Shown here: positions 26,562 through 36,233 of the stretch, piece after piece
Layout: each line of letters begins with the position of its first letter
Position numbering within the stretch: position 1 is the stretch's first letter
Source: Deltaproteobacteria bacterium
Lineage (GTDB): Bacteria > Myxococcota_A > Polyangia > Fen-1088
Direction: 5' to 3'
Length of the DNA: 64,000 bases
Assembly: GCA_033763315.1 (NCBI GenBank)
Contig: JANRKS010000002.1
Span: 320,001-384,000 of the forward strand
Notes under the pieces: model-generated
What the model saw: the letters and a program-made list of their open reading frames with translations, nothing else
Database searches by the model: none
What the model was told of the DNA's origin: nothing
Program-made: the position numbers and the translations under genes

Positions 26562-27890
26562 TCAACGACGATTGTCGAACAGATCGTCCTGGTTGGCAGA
26601 GGTCGGCGCCGGACTTTTCTTCCTGTTTCTGATGATCACTGGTTTCGGTTTCATCAATGCCGGTGATACCTCTGCTGCATCTGGGCGAGGTGCCTCTTGT
26701 GGTGTTGTTGGCGAGTGTGCAGGGCGTTTTTCGCTTACAGTGGCGTCCCGAGTGGTTGCTTGGGGTGAGACGCTCACCGTCTGGGACGAGGCGGACCGCA
26801 GGAGCCACAGCACCAAGGACAGCACCACCAAGCCACCAGCCGCCGCGGCCAAGTGGAGGGTACGCTTGTAACTTTTGCGGGGCTCAGGCCGCGCGGATCG
26901 GCTGCTTGATTCGGCCGTTAGGATCGCCGCGCGCACATTCGACCGATCGCCTGACGCCACCGTGGGATCATTCGCAATGTCTTTGCCGAGGATGCGTGAG
27001 ATTCTGTCGGCATAACCGTCGCCTTCCTCTTCTAGGATCGGCGCAAGCATACGCGCCAGCGCGCCGACGTTGATGGGGCGATGATCGCGGTTCTTTTGCA
27101 GGCACGCATCTACGGCTTCAATGAGTTGCTTCGGGAGCGAAGGCTCCAAGCTCTGCAGATCCAAAGGGCTTTCGGTCATCGCTTTCACGATAACTTCCGT
27201 GATCGTATCGCCTTCAAACGGAAAGCGGCCCGAGCACAAGCGAAACAGGATGACCCCAAGCGCCCAGATGTCTGTTCTCAGATCAACGTCACGCGACGAA
27301 CGCAGTTGCTCTGGGGACATAAAGGCAGGCGAGCCGATGGTTGTGGTGGTGCCAGTGACCTGAGCGCCCGAAGAATCGCTGAGAACCCCGGGCGCCACCT
27401 TGCTGATGCCGAAGTCGAGGATCTTGATCAGTTTTGTGCCGTCTAACTTGGTGGTGAGAAAAAGATTTGCGGGCTTGAGATCGCGATGAACGATGCCCAT
27501 CACGTGAGCTTCTGCGAGCCCTTCGCAGGCTTGCATCACGAACCGAACCGCCACGTCCACCGGCAGCTTTCCCGTCTTTCTCGCGATCGAATCGAGGTCC
27601 TCGCCCGTCAGCAGCTCCATCGCGATGAAAGGCATTCCGTACTCGGTTTGCCCAGCGTCGAGCACACGGGCAATATTCTCGCCCCGAAGCCTTGCGATGA
27701 TGTGGGCTTCTCGCTCAAAGCGCTTTAGCACGTCGCCGTCGGGGCGCGCGTCGCTGCGAATCAGCTTTAAGGCGACGTTCTGCTTCAGGAATAGGTGTTT
27801 GGCCACAACGACCTCACCCATCCCGCCTTGACCCAACGGACCGATGACCTCGTACCGGTCTGCGATGATGGTTCCGGGGGCGATGGCCAT
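26562..27890 (-). CDS. membrane-anchored Ser/Thr protein kinase
   Basis: LGQGGMGEV, VALKLI, HRDLKPANLF, DFGISK, GSPAFMSPEQ, DIWALG; TM segment; start ATG 27890 (MAIAPG). Confidence 0.95.
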   Translation of the reverse strand: MAIAPGTIIADRYEVIGPLGQGGMGEVVVAKHLFLKQNVALKLIRSDARPDGDVLKRFEREAHIIARLRGENIARVLDAGQTEYGMPFIAMELLTGEDLDSIARKTGKLPVDVAVRFVMQACEGLAEAHVMGIVHRDLKPANLFLTTKLDGTKLIKILDFGISKVAPGVLSDSSGAQVTGTTTTIGSPAFMSPEQLRSSRDVDLRTDIWALGVILFRLCSGRFPFEGDTITEVIVKAMTESPLDLQSLEPSLPKQLIEAVDACLQKNRDHRPINVGALARMLAPILEEEGDGYADRISRILGKDIANDPTVASGDRSNVRAAILTAESSSRSARPEPRKSYKRTLHLAAAAGGLVVLSLVLWLLRSASSQTVSVSPQATTRDATVSEKRPAHSPTTPQEAPRPDAAEVSPALMKPKPVIIRNRKKSPAPTSANQDDLFDNRR

Positions 27891-27898
27891 GGCGTTGT

Positions 27899-28960
27899 TC
27901 AGAAACGACCAAACAGCGCGGCGCCGCCACCCGCGTCTTGAAGCCATGGCGCGACGGCAACGGTGCTTTCTTTTTTCGGAGTGGAGGTCAACCAAAGCAC
28001 CCCGGTCACGGCGGCGGCGACACCCGCTGCCGTGAATGCCAGCGTTGATAATGTGCCCCAACTTTTGGCGCCGTCACCACGGTCGCGTTCGTCAGATGTG
28101 CAGTCGCCGTTCTCGCGGCACTGCGCGGAGACTCCATCCCATCTTTTGTAGGCGATCAACCCCGCCACACTTCCAAAAACCACAGAAGCCGCGGTGATGC
28201 TGCCGCCCACCCACAGCGCCGTGTGGTTGGGTGATTGTTCATAAGTCAACGGCGGGCGCGTCTGCGTCTGTACGTTTGCCGAATGAGTCTCGCTGACGGG
28301 TGGCTCTGCCTCGCGCGTAGGCACGGGTTGCACCGCTGAGGTTTGAAGGAGCCCCACAGTTATCTCTTGCACTTTCGCTGGCTCGGCAACCACTTGCCCA
28401 GTCCAATCGACGAACCCTGCCGCTTTCGCTACCACTGTGTGAACCCCAGGATCGATTGGCAGATCTGTGTTCCACGCGGCCGGGGGAAGCTCGTCGTTGT
28501 CCACCCTGATGACCACGTCCTTTGGCAGGTTTGCGGCCGTGGCTGTGATGCGTACGCGCGCGAGCTTGGTGGCCAGCGCATTCGCACGCGATGCGGCCAA
28601 GCGTTTTCGTTTGTTGTCTTGCGAGGCTCCTGCCAAGTCAGCTGCCTCTCGGAACTCTGCCCACGCGCTTGCCGTTTTATTGATACGCTCGTGGCAATCG
28701 GCCAAGTTCAATAGTGTGCCCACCGCGGGATCCAGCGATTGGCTGGCTGCGAACTTCTCACACGCCTCGGCGATTTTATCAGATTTAAGTAGGTTACGGC
28801 CTTCGACAAACAAGGCTTCTGCCTGTAAGTTCCGCGCCGCATCGGGTTTGCCACACCAACCGGGGCTAGGTATAAGAATCCACTGCAGGCCCACAGATGC
28901 CACGACAAGAAGTACGCGGCTTCGCACGACGGCAGACCTCGTTTCGGTCGCTCCTAACAT
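27899..28960 (-). CDS. TPR/PEGA-domain secreted protein
   Basis: AEALFVEGR..ACEKFAASQSLDPAVGTLLNLADC TPR; PIDPGVHTVVAKAAGF PEGA; hydrophobic hairpin; C-terminal GRF. Confidence 0.85.
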   Translation of the reverse strand: MLGATETRSAVVRSRVLLVVASVGLQWILIPSPGWCGKPDAARNLQAEALFVEGRNLLKSDKIAEACEKFAASQSLDPAVGTLLNLADCHERINKTASAWAEFREAADLAGASQDNKRKRLAASRANALATKLARVRITATAANLPKDVVIRVDNDELPPAAWNTDLPIDPGVHTVVAKAAGFVDWTGQVVAEPAKVQEITVGLLQTSAVQPVPTREAEPPVSETHSANVQTQTRPPLTYEQSPNHTALWVGGSITAASVVFGSVAGLIAYKRWDGVSAQCRENGDCTSDERDRGDGAKSWGTLSTLAFTAAGVAAAVTGVLWLTSTPKKESTVAVAPWLQDAGGGAALFGRF

Positions 28961-29068
28961 GGACGAAACGCTGAGGCGGTTCAGGTTTCCTTCAAACATG
29001 CGGGAAAACGGGCGTCTCATGGAATGTGCCAAAGCAATGGTACCATCAAGCAGAACGTCCAGGGCATC

Positions 29069-30661
29069 ATGTCGCAAGCCACGCTAACCATCGACCTTTC
29101 TCGCGTCTTCGTGAAGATCTTGCTTTTGGTCGCCTGTGGCGGCTTGGTCGCATGCACACAGGTGCTCGGCATCGAAGACCTACCGGGCTCACAGGACGCT
29201 GCTCCATCGTCGTCGGGCGGTGCTGCCGGAATGGGCAACTCACAGGGTGGGTCGGGCGGTCAGGCCGTGGGCGCTGGGGGCGCGAACACCGGAGGCGTTA
29301 TGGCCAATGATGGCGGCGTCGACGCCATCATCGACAACGGGTGTTTTGAGGGCAAAGCCACTAAGTCCGCGCCACCGCAAAGTGTCTTTACGTTCGGCGG
29401 CACGGGAGACGACATCACCAACGGCTTTGCCATTGATGGCGTTAACCGCATTATGGCGGGGCAGTTCGACGGCACCTTCAAAGTCACCGCGGGTGATGTC
29501 ACCGAGACGATGGTGGCGCAGTCGACCGACGCCTTCCTCATAAAGACAGACGCACAGGGGCAGGTGTTGTGGGCTCGTCAAATGGGTGGGCCAGACTTGG
29601 ATGCCGCGTATGCCGTCGCCACGGACGCGAACGGCAGCATCTTCCTCGCGGGGGGCTTCAGCAACACCGCCAAATTTTCTGGACAGGTTAAGACGAGCGC
29701 AGGTGACGTTGATGTGTTCGTCGCGAAATTCAGTCCTTCGGGCGGACTGTTATGGGTCAAAACGTTTGGAGGGACAGGGGCCGATTACGCCTTAGGGGTA
29801 AAAGTCACTTCAGACGGAGAAGCCATCGTCACTGGGGCTTTTGAAAGCACCGTATCGTTCGGCGCCCAAACATCGACGGCGCGAGGCAAGGACGCTTTCT
29901 TGATGCGGATGAAGGCCAACGGCGACGTGGCCTGGACCGAGGTTTTCGGAGACACGGGAGATGATCAAGGCGTCTCCGTTGCGATAAACGCCAAAGATCA
30001 AATCGCTGTGCAAGGCGTTTTCACCTACCAAATCAATGTGGGCGGAAGCGATCTGAAGATACGGAACGACCCTTTCAGGTCGCACTCGATCTTCACGACT
30101 TTGAGAAGCTCCACCGGCGTTCACATCTGGTCATTGGCTATGGGTGGTGGCGACGACATCTCGGCAGAGATCAAGTTCGATGACGAGGGGCACCTGCTGT
30201 CCTTGGGCTCGTTCACAGGGGAAGGGTATTTTGGCGGGCAGTTGATGACGAGCACGGGGCCTCAGGATATGTTCATTGTGCGCATCTCGCCCACAGGCAA
30301 CCTGGATTGGGCGCGTCACTTTGGCGGCATGATGGAGACGTATGGCTACGGCGTCGCTACGAAGGCAAACAACGTCTACATCTCTGGCAGTTTCTGGGAA
30401 AAACTAACGCTAGATGCGCTTGAGCTTACGGGCAGAGGGCGGGAAGGCTTCGTGGCGAAGCTGGATCTCTGCAAAGGCAACACGGTTTGGGCTTCGTCGT
30501 TCGGCGGCTCAGGCATCGACGAAGGCTATGGCATTGCCGTCGACGGTGCCGGCAATGTTGTTATCAGCGGCACGTATGAAGGCGCCGCGTCCTTCAACGG
30601 GAAGCCGTTGAGCACCGATGTGGGCAAAGGCGAAGTCCTCCTCGGAACGTTGTCGCCGTAG
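29069..30661 (+). CDS. lipoprotein with SBBP-type beta-propeller repeats
   Basis: LVAC lipobox followed by TQVLGIE, Gly linker, repeated D.F..K..P.G..LW...FGG.G.D motifs. Confidence 0.85.
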   Translation: MSQATLTIDLSRVFVKILLLVACGGLVACTQVLGIEDLPGSQDAAPSSSGGAAGMGNSQGGSGGQAVGAGGANTGGVMANDGGVDAIIDNGCFEGKATKSAPPQSVFTFGGTGDDITNGFAIDGVNRIMAGQFDGTFKVTAGDVTETMVAQSTDAFLIKTDAQGQVLWARQMGGPDLDAAYAVATDANGSIFLAGGFSNTAKFSGQVKTSAGDVDVFVAKFSPSGGLLWVKTFGGTGADYALGVKVTSDGEAIVTGAFESTVSFGAQTSTARGKDAFLMRMKANGDVAWTEVFGDTGDDQGVSVAINAKDQIAVQGVFTYQINVGGSDLKIRNDPFRSHSIFTTLRSSTGVHIWSLAMGGGDDISAEIKFDDEGHLLSLGSFTGEGYFGGQLMTSTGPQDMFIVRISPTGNLDWARHFGGMMETYGYGVATKANNVYISGSFWEKLTLDALELTGRGREGFVAKLDLCKGNTVWASSFGGSGIDEGYGIAVDGAGNVVISGTYEGAASFNGKPLSTDVGKGEVLLGTLSP

Positions 30662-30674
30662 TGACTTGGTGGCG

Positions 30675-32009
30675 TTAGGCGGCGGCCGTGGGTTCGAGCT
30701 GCTCGGCCGCTTGCTCTAGCGTGATCTGCAACTTTTCGCGGCGCGCGGCTTCCGCCACGCCGATGTGTCGCGACACCGATTCCCATGCGGCTGAAGCTTT
30801 GAGCTGCGCTTCGTTTTTGCGGTTCTGCGGATCTGCGAGCAGATCTTCAAGGTCTGCCAACGTGAGGCCACCGATGTGCCGCCGCAAAAGGTACTCCGTG
30901 CCTTCTTCGTCTTCGCGTCCTGTTAGATCGACAAGACGCTTATCCACCAAAGTGTCGATTGCCACTTGGCACACGCCCACCGGCAGCCCCGCCGACTTCG
31001 CCAAGGTGTCAGTTGTGATGGGCAGGCCAGAACGGAAGTGTTCCCACGTCGCGACCATCACGCGCGCCAAGATGCGCAGGCTGGGTGGAGCCGGCTCCTG
31101 CTCCGGCTCAAGCGTGAGTTTGCTGGCATGACCCCGGGCGCATGTGTAAGACGCGCCAAACAGCACGATCCACCAACTGAGGTAGATCCACATCATCAGA
31201 AGCGGCAGCACACTCATCGCGCCGTAGATCGCGCTGTATTTGCTGGAAGCGCTTGAAGACCATACGAAACCCGCCTTGGCGATGTTCCAGATGATGGCCG
31301 CTGTGATGCTGCCAACGGCGGCGTCTTTCCACGGCACATGGATGTCGGGAACGATGACGTAGATCAAAAAGAACACCAAGGCGATGACAACCGGCCCCGT
31401 GAGGCTCAGCAGCAAACTCGCCACCGCAACGCCCAGCCAAGCGCGCACCGTCTCTTTAATGAACCCCGTTGAAAGTGAGACTGAAAGGGCGATGATGGGT
31501 GGGGCCAAAGTCAGGATGCACCAGTAGATTGCCAACCGCATGTACAGCGGCCGCCGCAAGCGCACATTCCAAACACGGTTGAATGCCTGTTCCACGTTGG
31601 TAAGCAGGCCGAGCGCCGAATAAAACAGCACCAACAAACCCACGCCGGCGATCGCTCCACCATTGACTTGTGTGACGAAACCCTGCAGCCATTCGCTCAC
31701 CTGGTGTGAATCGGCCATAGGGATTTGCGAGAAGATCAGGTGTTCAAGCGGTTGCTGCAACTTTTGAAAGCCACCGAATGCTTTGAACAACGCGAAGGCC
31801 ACCGCCATCAACGGCACCAGCGATAGCAGCGTGTGATACGTCAAAGCCGCAGCCCGACGCGAGATCTCGTCGTTTTGGATGGCCCGCGCCACGCGCAAAG
31901 CCACGAACACTTCGCGTTTCACAAAACGAAGGCGTCGGTTGTCGGATCCGGCGCGCAGCCAGTCCATCAGACGCTGGTAACCAACTTCAAGGGGATTGGC
32001 GGCTTTCAT
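30675..32009 (-). CDS. YihY/BrkB family membrane protein with C-terminal wHTH-like extension
   Basis: AAALTYHTLLSLVP, EQAFNRVW, IYGAMSVLPLLMMWIYLSWWIVLFGA; tail TTDTLAKSAGLP..IDTLVDKRLV..YLL. Confidence 0.88.
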   Translation of the reverse strand: MKAANPLEVGYQRLMDWLRAGSDNRRLRFVKREVFVALRVARAIQNDEISRRAAALTYHTLLSLVPLMAVAFALFKAFGGFQKLQQPLEHLIFSQIPMADSHQVSEWLQGFVTQVNGGAIAGVGLLVLFYSALGLLTNVEQAFNRVWNVRLRRPLYMRLAIYWCILTLAPPIIALSVSLSTGFIKETVRAWLGVAVASLLLSLTGPVVIALVFFLIYVIVPDIHVPWKDAAVGSITAAIIWNIAKAGFVWSSSASSKYSAIYGAMSVLPLLMMWIYLSWWIVLFGASYTCARGHASKLTLEPEQEPAPPSLRILARVMVATWEHFRSGLPITTDTLAKSAGLPVGVCQVAIDTLVDKRLVDLTGREDEEGTEYLLRRHIGGLTLADLEDLLADPQNRKNEAQLKASAAWESVSRHIGVAEAARREKLQITLEQAAEQLEPTAAA

Positions 32010-34357
32010 GACTTTGAACCTCGGTTCAACAGATTTTGCATCTCATGAAGCAAGCTGTTGGGGGCGAATGGTTTTTGTATAAATGTGCAATGTTCGTCAC
32101 GGGCCGGCATGGCCGCGTCATCTTCGTAGTATCCACTCATGAGTAGGACTGGCATCTGCGGCGCCGCTTTGCGAATCTGCTCCAGAACCGCGGTGCCATT
32201 CATGCCTGGCATCGACAGATCCAGCAACACGGCCGCGATGGTGTCCTTATGGGCAAAAAACAGCTCGAGGCCGTGGGCGCCATCGGCAGCGGCGATGGTT
32301 TCGCAGCCTTTGCGTTGCAGGATTCGTTCGATCAGCGTGCGTACGAAAGGCTCGTCGTCGATGATCAACACCTTGCCTGGGGCCGAAAACGCGGGTGTGC
32401 CTTGCGTGGTGTGCACAGTTTCGTCGCGTTTGCCCCGATCTGGGAAAGCCAGCTTGAACGTGGTGCCCACGCCCACCTCACTTTGCACGGTGATGCGTCC
32501 CTGATGACCCTTCATGATGCCCAACACGGCAGCCAAGCCAAGCCCATGACCCTTTTCCTTCGTGGTGAAGAAGGGGTCGAAGATGTGTGAGAGGACCTCG
32601 GCCGGCATGCCTGGTCCCGTGTCCGCGACTTCGATGAAAACATAGGGACCCGGATGCAACGTATCGTGCGTGAGTTGACTCGCCAAAAGCGCGGCCTCAT
32701 CGAGATACACGCGGCCGGTGCGGATCACGATGGCGCCACGGCCGCCCATCGCTTCGGCGGCGTTGATGACCAGATTCATGACGATCTGTTGAATTTGGGT
32801 TTGGTCGCCCTCCACTGAAGGCAGATCTGGCGTCAGCTCCAAACGTAGATCGATGCTTTTACCCACCAAAGCGCGCAGCAGCTGGTCCATCTGCCGCAAC
32901 ACGCTTTCGATGTCGAGCTTGCGCACCACAAAGCGGCCACGGCCCGAGTACGCCAGCAGCTGTCGGGTGAGCTGTGCCGCGCTTTGTGCCGCGAGTTCAA
33001 CCAGCCTCACGTGTTGGGTGGCGGGGTGCTGATCGTCCAACACTTCCAAGGCCAAACTGGCTGAACCCAACACGCCCGCAAGCAAGTTGTTAAAGTCGTG
33101 AGCCACGCCGCCCGCAAGCACAGAGAGACTTTCGATGCGTGCGATTTGTTGCATCTGAGCCTCCATGCGGCGCCGCTCCGACTCCGTGCGGTGCTGCTCG
33201 GTGATGTCGATGACCGCGAACACCAAGCGCTCGATTTCGCCTTGCGCATTGAGGACGGGAGCACCATTGATCGAAAGGGCGCGCCGTCGACCATCGGGCC
33301 ACAAGATCGCGTGCTCTACGCCCATCACGGGCGCCTTGGTTTTCATCACACGCACGAACGGTTGCCGATCGTCGGGCCAGGGGTTGCCCTCCAGATCCGT
33401 GGCGCGCCATTCAGGCGCATCGTAGGAACGACCAACAATCTGCGTTTTGTTGAGGCCCAGGATCTCCTCTGCCGCCCGGTTTGCGTAAGTGATGTTGCCC
33501 GTGGGATCCAAGACGCAAATGCCGGCCACGCTGGCATTCATAACTTCGGACAGCAGATCCGTCTCGCGGCGCAGGCGCAACAAAGCATCGCGGCGGGTCG
33601 TGATGTCATTGAAGCTGCACACCACGTGTGTGACACGCCCTTGCCCATCCAACTCCGGGACCGCGCTGACCGACAGCCATACGTGGTCGTCGCGCCCGGG
33701 TGTTCGAACACCCATGGTGACATTGCGAATCGCGGTGCGCGTGCGAATCGCTGTGGGCACGGGGTGCTTTTCACCCGGAAGCGGTTCGCCGTTGTCAGCA
33801 ACGGCGGCCCACTGCGGATCGTACGAGCTGCTCGCCAAGGCGTGGGCCTGGCTGATGCCCAAAATATCGAGCGCCGCTGCGTTGGCGTGAAGAATTTCGG
33901 CGTTCGGGCCGAACAGCATGATGCCGATGTCTACGTCCCGTAGAAGGCTCGCCAACATCTGTTCCGGGTGTGGCGCCGCGGGGGCTGCAGCGGCCTCCTC
34001 TTCAATGCATTGCCCAAGAAACGTCACGCCTAGGACGTGGTTCGCCTGCAAACGTGCCACGGCCTTGATGGTGATGAGACGAGCAGGTTGCTTCAGCTGA
34101 ACCTGGAAGCTTTGGGGCGCGTGGTGGAGCAACACCGCCTGCAAAGCTTCGTTGAACGCGTCACGGGCGTGTGGCTGCAGATCATCCAAAGTCCGGGGGC
34201 CGACCGCGTGGGGCTCAAACAGGCTGGGAACGAGAGGTAACGGATGAAGGAATTCGATCTGCCCTCCCCGCGAGACGCCAATCACCAAATCGCAGTCCAG
34301 CCCCATGTGCATGACGTGGCGATTGTACATTGACAACGTTGCGGCAGGCGAATTCAT
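32006..34357 (-). CDS. hybrid sensor histidine kinase (2 PAS + HisKA + HATPase + receiver)
   Basis: Two PAS/PAC repeats, GGVAHDFNNLL, NLVINAAEA, DTGPGM, FDPFFTTK, GLGL, receiver IIDDE..LLDLSMPGM..KPF. Confidence 0.95.
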   Translation of the reverse strand: MNSPAATLSMYNRHVMHMGLDCDLVIGVSRGGQIEFLHPLPLVPSLFEPHAVGPRTLDDLQPHARDAFNEALQAVLLHHAPQSFQVQLKQPARLITIKAVARLQANHVLGVTFLGQCIEEEAAAAPAAPHPEQMLASLLRDVDIGIMLFGPNAEILHANAAALDILGISQAHALASSSYDPQWAAVADNGEPLPGEKHPVPTAIRTRTAIRNVTMGVRTPGRDDHVWLSVSAVPELDGQGRVTHVVCSFNDITTRRDALLRLRRETDLLSEVMNASVAGICVLDPTGNITYANRAAEEILGLNKTQIVGRSYDAPEWRATDLEGNPWPDDRQPFVRVMKTKAPVMGVEHAILWPDGRRRALSINGAPVLNAQGEIERLVFAVIDITEQHRTESERRRMEAQMQQIARIESLSVLAGGVAHDFNNLLAGVLGSASLALEVLDDQHPATQHVRLVELAAQSAAQLTRQLLAYSGRGRFVVRKLDIESVLRQMDQLLRALVGKSIDLRLELTPDLPSVEGDQTQIQQIVMNLVINAAEAMGGRGAIVIRTGRVYLDEAALLASQLTHDTLHPGPYVFIEVADTGPGMPAEVLSHIFDPFFTTKEKGHGLGLAAVLGIMKGHQGRITVQSEVGVGTTFKLAFPDRGKRDETVHTTQGTPAFSAPGKVLIIDDEPFVRTLIERILQRKGCETIAAADGAHGLELFFAHKDTIAAVLLDLSMPGMNGTAVLEQIRKAAPQMPVLLMSGYYEDDAAMPARDEHCTFIQKPFAPNSLLHEMQNLLNRGSKS

Positions 34358-34481
34358 GACGCGCCAGGACCGGGATGGCGGCCGCTGCCCAGGCTGGCAG
34401 CCGCAGGTGGGAGCAAGTTCACTTTTCTGCGAGCCGAACGTCCGGACCTGGGCGTCTCCTTAATTGAAAGGGGGCGGAAGT

Positions 34482-36215
34482 ATGCAAAGCCTCGTCCGCG
34501 CAACGATTTTCAACGCGGCCTTGTTGTTCGCTGGTAGTTCGCTGTTTGCTTGTTCTGGCGCTGTATCCAACGGGGGTGCAGACGACTCGGACAACGGAGG
34601 CTCTGGCGGCGGTGCGGGTGGCGACACAATTCCCCCGCTTGACCCCAACTTCAAACCCAACGGCGACCCCGACGTCAACCGGTTGGTGTGTGACAAGCAA
34701 GGTGTGGCGGCCACAGCGGCCCCTTTACGTCGGCTGACGCGAAAGCAATACATCAACACCCTAAACGATCTTCTTGGAGGAATAACGCAGGTGCCCGCCG
34801 ACCTGCAGTTGCCCGGCGAGACGCTGATTGACGGGTTCGATAACAACGCCGCGGCTCAAACGTCCACGTTGTCCTTGTTGCAGGGTTACAAGTCGGCAGC
34901 CACGGTGATGGCCAAAGACGCCACGAGCAATGCGACCAAACTGCAGAAATTGGCGCCCTGTGCTGGCGGTCAGTCGGAAGACGCGTGCGGCGACAAATTC
35001 ATTTCTGACTTTGGCAAGCGCGCCTTCCGTCGGCCCTTGACGTCGGACGAGGTCACCCGCCTCGGCACCGTGTTCAAAGCGGTCAAGCCCGGGTTCGGAT
35101 ACGCGCAAGGCATCGAAGCCACGTTGACCGCCATGCTGATGGCGCCACAGTTTACGTTCCGCCCTGAGTACGGTGCGGGTGCCGCCGATGGCGCCGTAAA
35201 GCTTTCCTCCTATGAGGTGGCCTCTCGCCTTTCGTATCTGCTGTGGGACACGATGCCGGATGCGACTTTGATGGCGGCCGCCGATGCCAAGAAGTTGGAT
35301 ACGCCCGAGGGCATCGAAACCGAGTTTAAACGCATGTTGGACGATCCGCGCGCTCGTGCGGCCGTGGCCCGTTTCCAATCGCAGTGGCTTGGCTTTGCGA
35401 AGTTGGACAAGCTTGAAAAAGACGCCAAGGCGTTTCCGAAATTTGACGCCGCCACGAAGGAGTCAATGACCGCCTCAGTGGAAAAGTTCGTTGACTATGC
35501 GTTCTGGGACAAAGGCAGTTTGGCCGCCTTATTGACCGACACGAACGCGTTTGTGGACGACAAGCTCAGCCCCATCTATGAGGTCGGTGGCTCGTCAAGT
35601 ATGGCGATGGTTTCATTGGATGGCTCAAAACGATCTGGCCTTCTCACGCAGGCAGGGTTGATGGCCGCTTTGGCCAAGGCCTCCTACGATTCGCCCGTTC
35701 ACCGCGGGTTGTTCGTTATTCATAACTTGCTTTGCGGTGCGATGGCGCCGGCGCCCAATGGGGTGCCTCCGTTGGCCGAGCCGAAGGTGGGCGAAGCGCG
35801 AACGACACGCGAGCGCGTTGAACAAACGCACAGCAACTCGCAATGTGCAGCTTGCCACAAGAGCATCGATGGCATCGGCTTCGGCTTTGGTCACTACGAC
35901 GCGATTGGGGCCTACCGCGACCAGGAAAACGGCGTCGACGTCAACGTTGAAGGCGAATTGGTGGGCACACGCGACATCGATGGCAAATTCAGCGGTGCCA
36001 TTGAGCTGTCGAAGAAGTTGGCGCAGAGCTCACAGGTGCAGCAATGCGTGGCCACCCAGTGGTTCCGCTATGGCTTTGGTCGAACAGAGACCGACGAGGA
36101 CGCCTGCGCCCTTAAGCCTGTGGTCGACGCCTTCGTGTCAAGCAACGGCAACATGAAGAAGCTGTTAACCGTTCTGGTCAAAAGCGACGCCTTCCGTTAC
36201 CGGAACGCTCTTTAA
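34482..36215 (+). CDS. DUF1592/DUF1588/DUF1595/DUF1585-domain lipoprotein
   Basis: LFAC lipobox, LRRLTRKQYINTL.DL, AFRRPLT, YEVASRLSYLLW.TMPD, RSGLLTQ, SPVHRG, CAACH..IDGIGFG, C...WFRYGFGR; start ATG 34482. Confidence 0.92.
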   Translation: MQSLVRATIFNAALLFAGSSLFACSGAVSNGGADDSDNGGSGGGAGGDTIPPLDPNFKPNGDPDVNRLVCDKQGVAATAAPLRRLTRKQYINTLNDLLGGITQVPADLQLPGETLIDGFDNNAAAQTSTLSLLQGYKSAATVMAKDATSNATKLQKLAPCAGGQSEDACGDKFISDFGKRAFRRPLTSDEVTRLGTVFKAVKPGFGYAQGIEATLTAMLMAPQFTFRPEYGAGAADGAVKLSSYEVASRLSYLLWDTMPDATLMAAADAKKLDTPEGIETEFKRMLDDPRARAAVARFQSQWLGFAKLDKLEKDAKAFPKFDAATKESMTASVEKFVDYAFWDKGSLAALLTDTNAFVDDKLSPIYEVGGSSSMAMVSLDGSKRSGLLTQAGLMAALAKASYDSPVHRGLFVIHNLLCGAMAPAPNGVPPLAEPKVGEARTTRERVEQTHSNSQCAACHKSIDGIGFGFGHYDAIGAYRDQENGVDVNVEGELVGTRDIDGKFSGAIELSKKLAQSSQVQQCVATQWFRYGFGRTETDEDACALKPVVDAFVSSNGNMKKLLTVLVKSDAFRYRNAL

Positions 36216-36233
36216 CATCCGTAGGAGCTCACC

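Noticed and set aside
24850-30700. Integrative element or prophage at tRNA-Pro
   Set aside because: No integrase or phage genes, and I found no duplicated tRNA 3' end in the window
34380-34460. GCCAGCCTGGGCA on the minus strand resembling the 3' hairpin of a ZTP riboswitch
   Set aside because: The 5' GACUGGCG element is missing and the downstream gene is a sensor kinase
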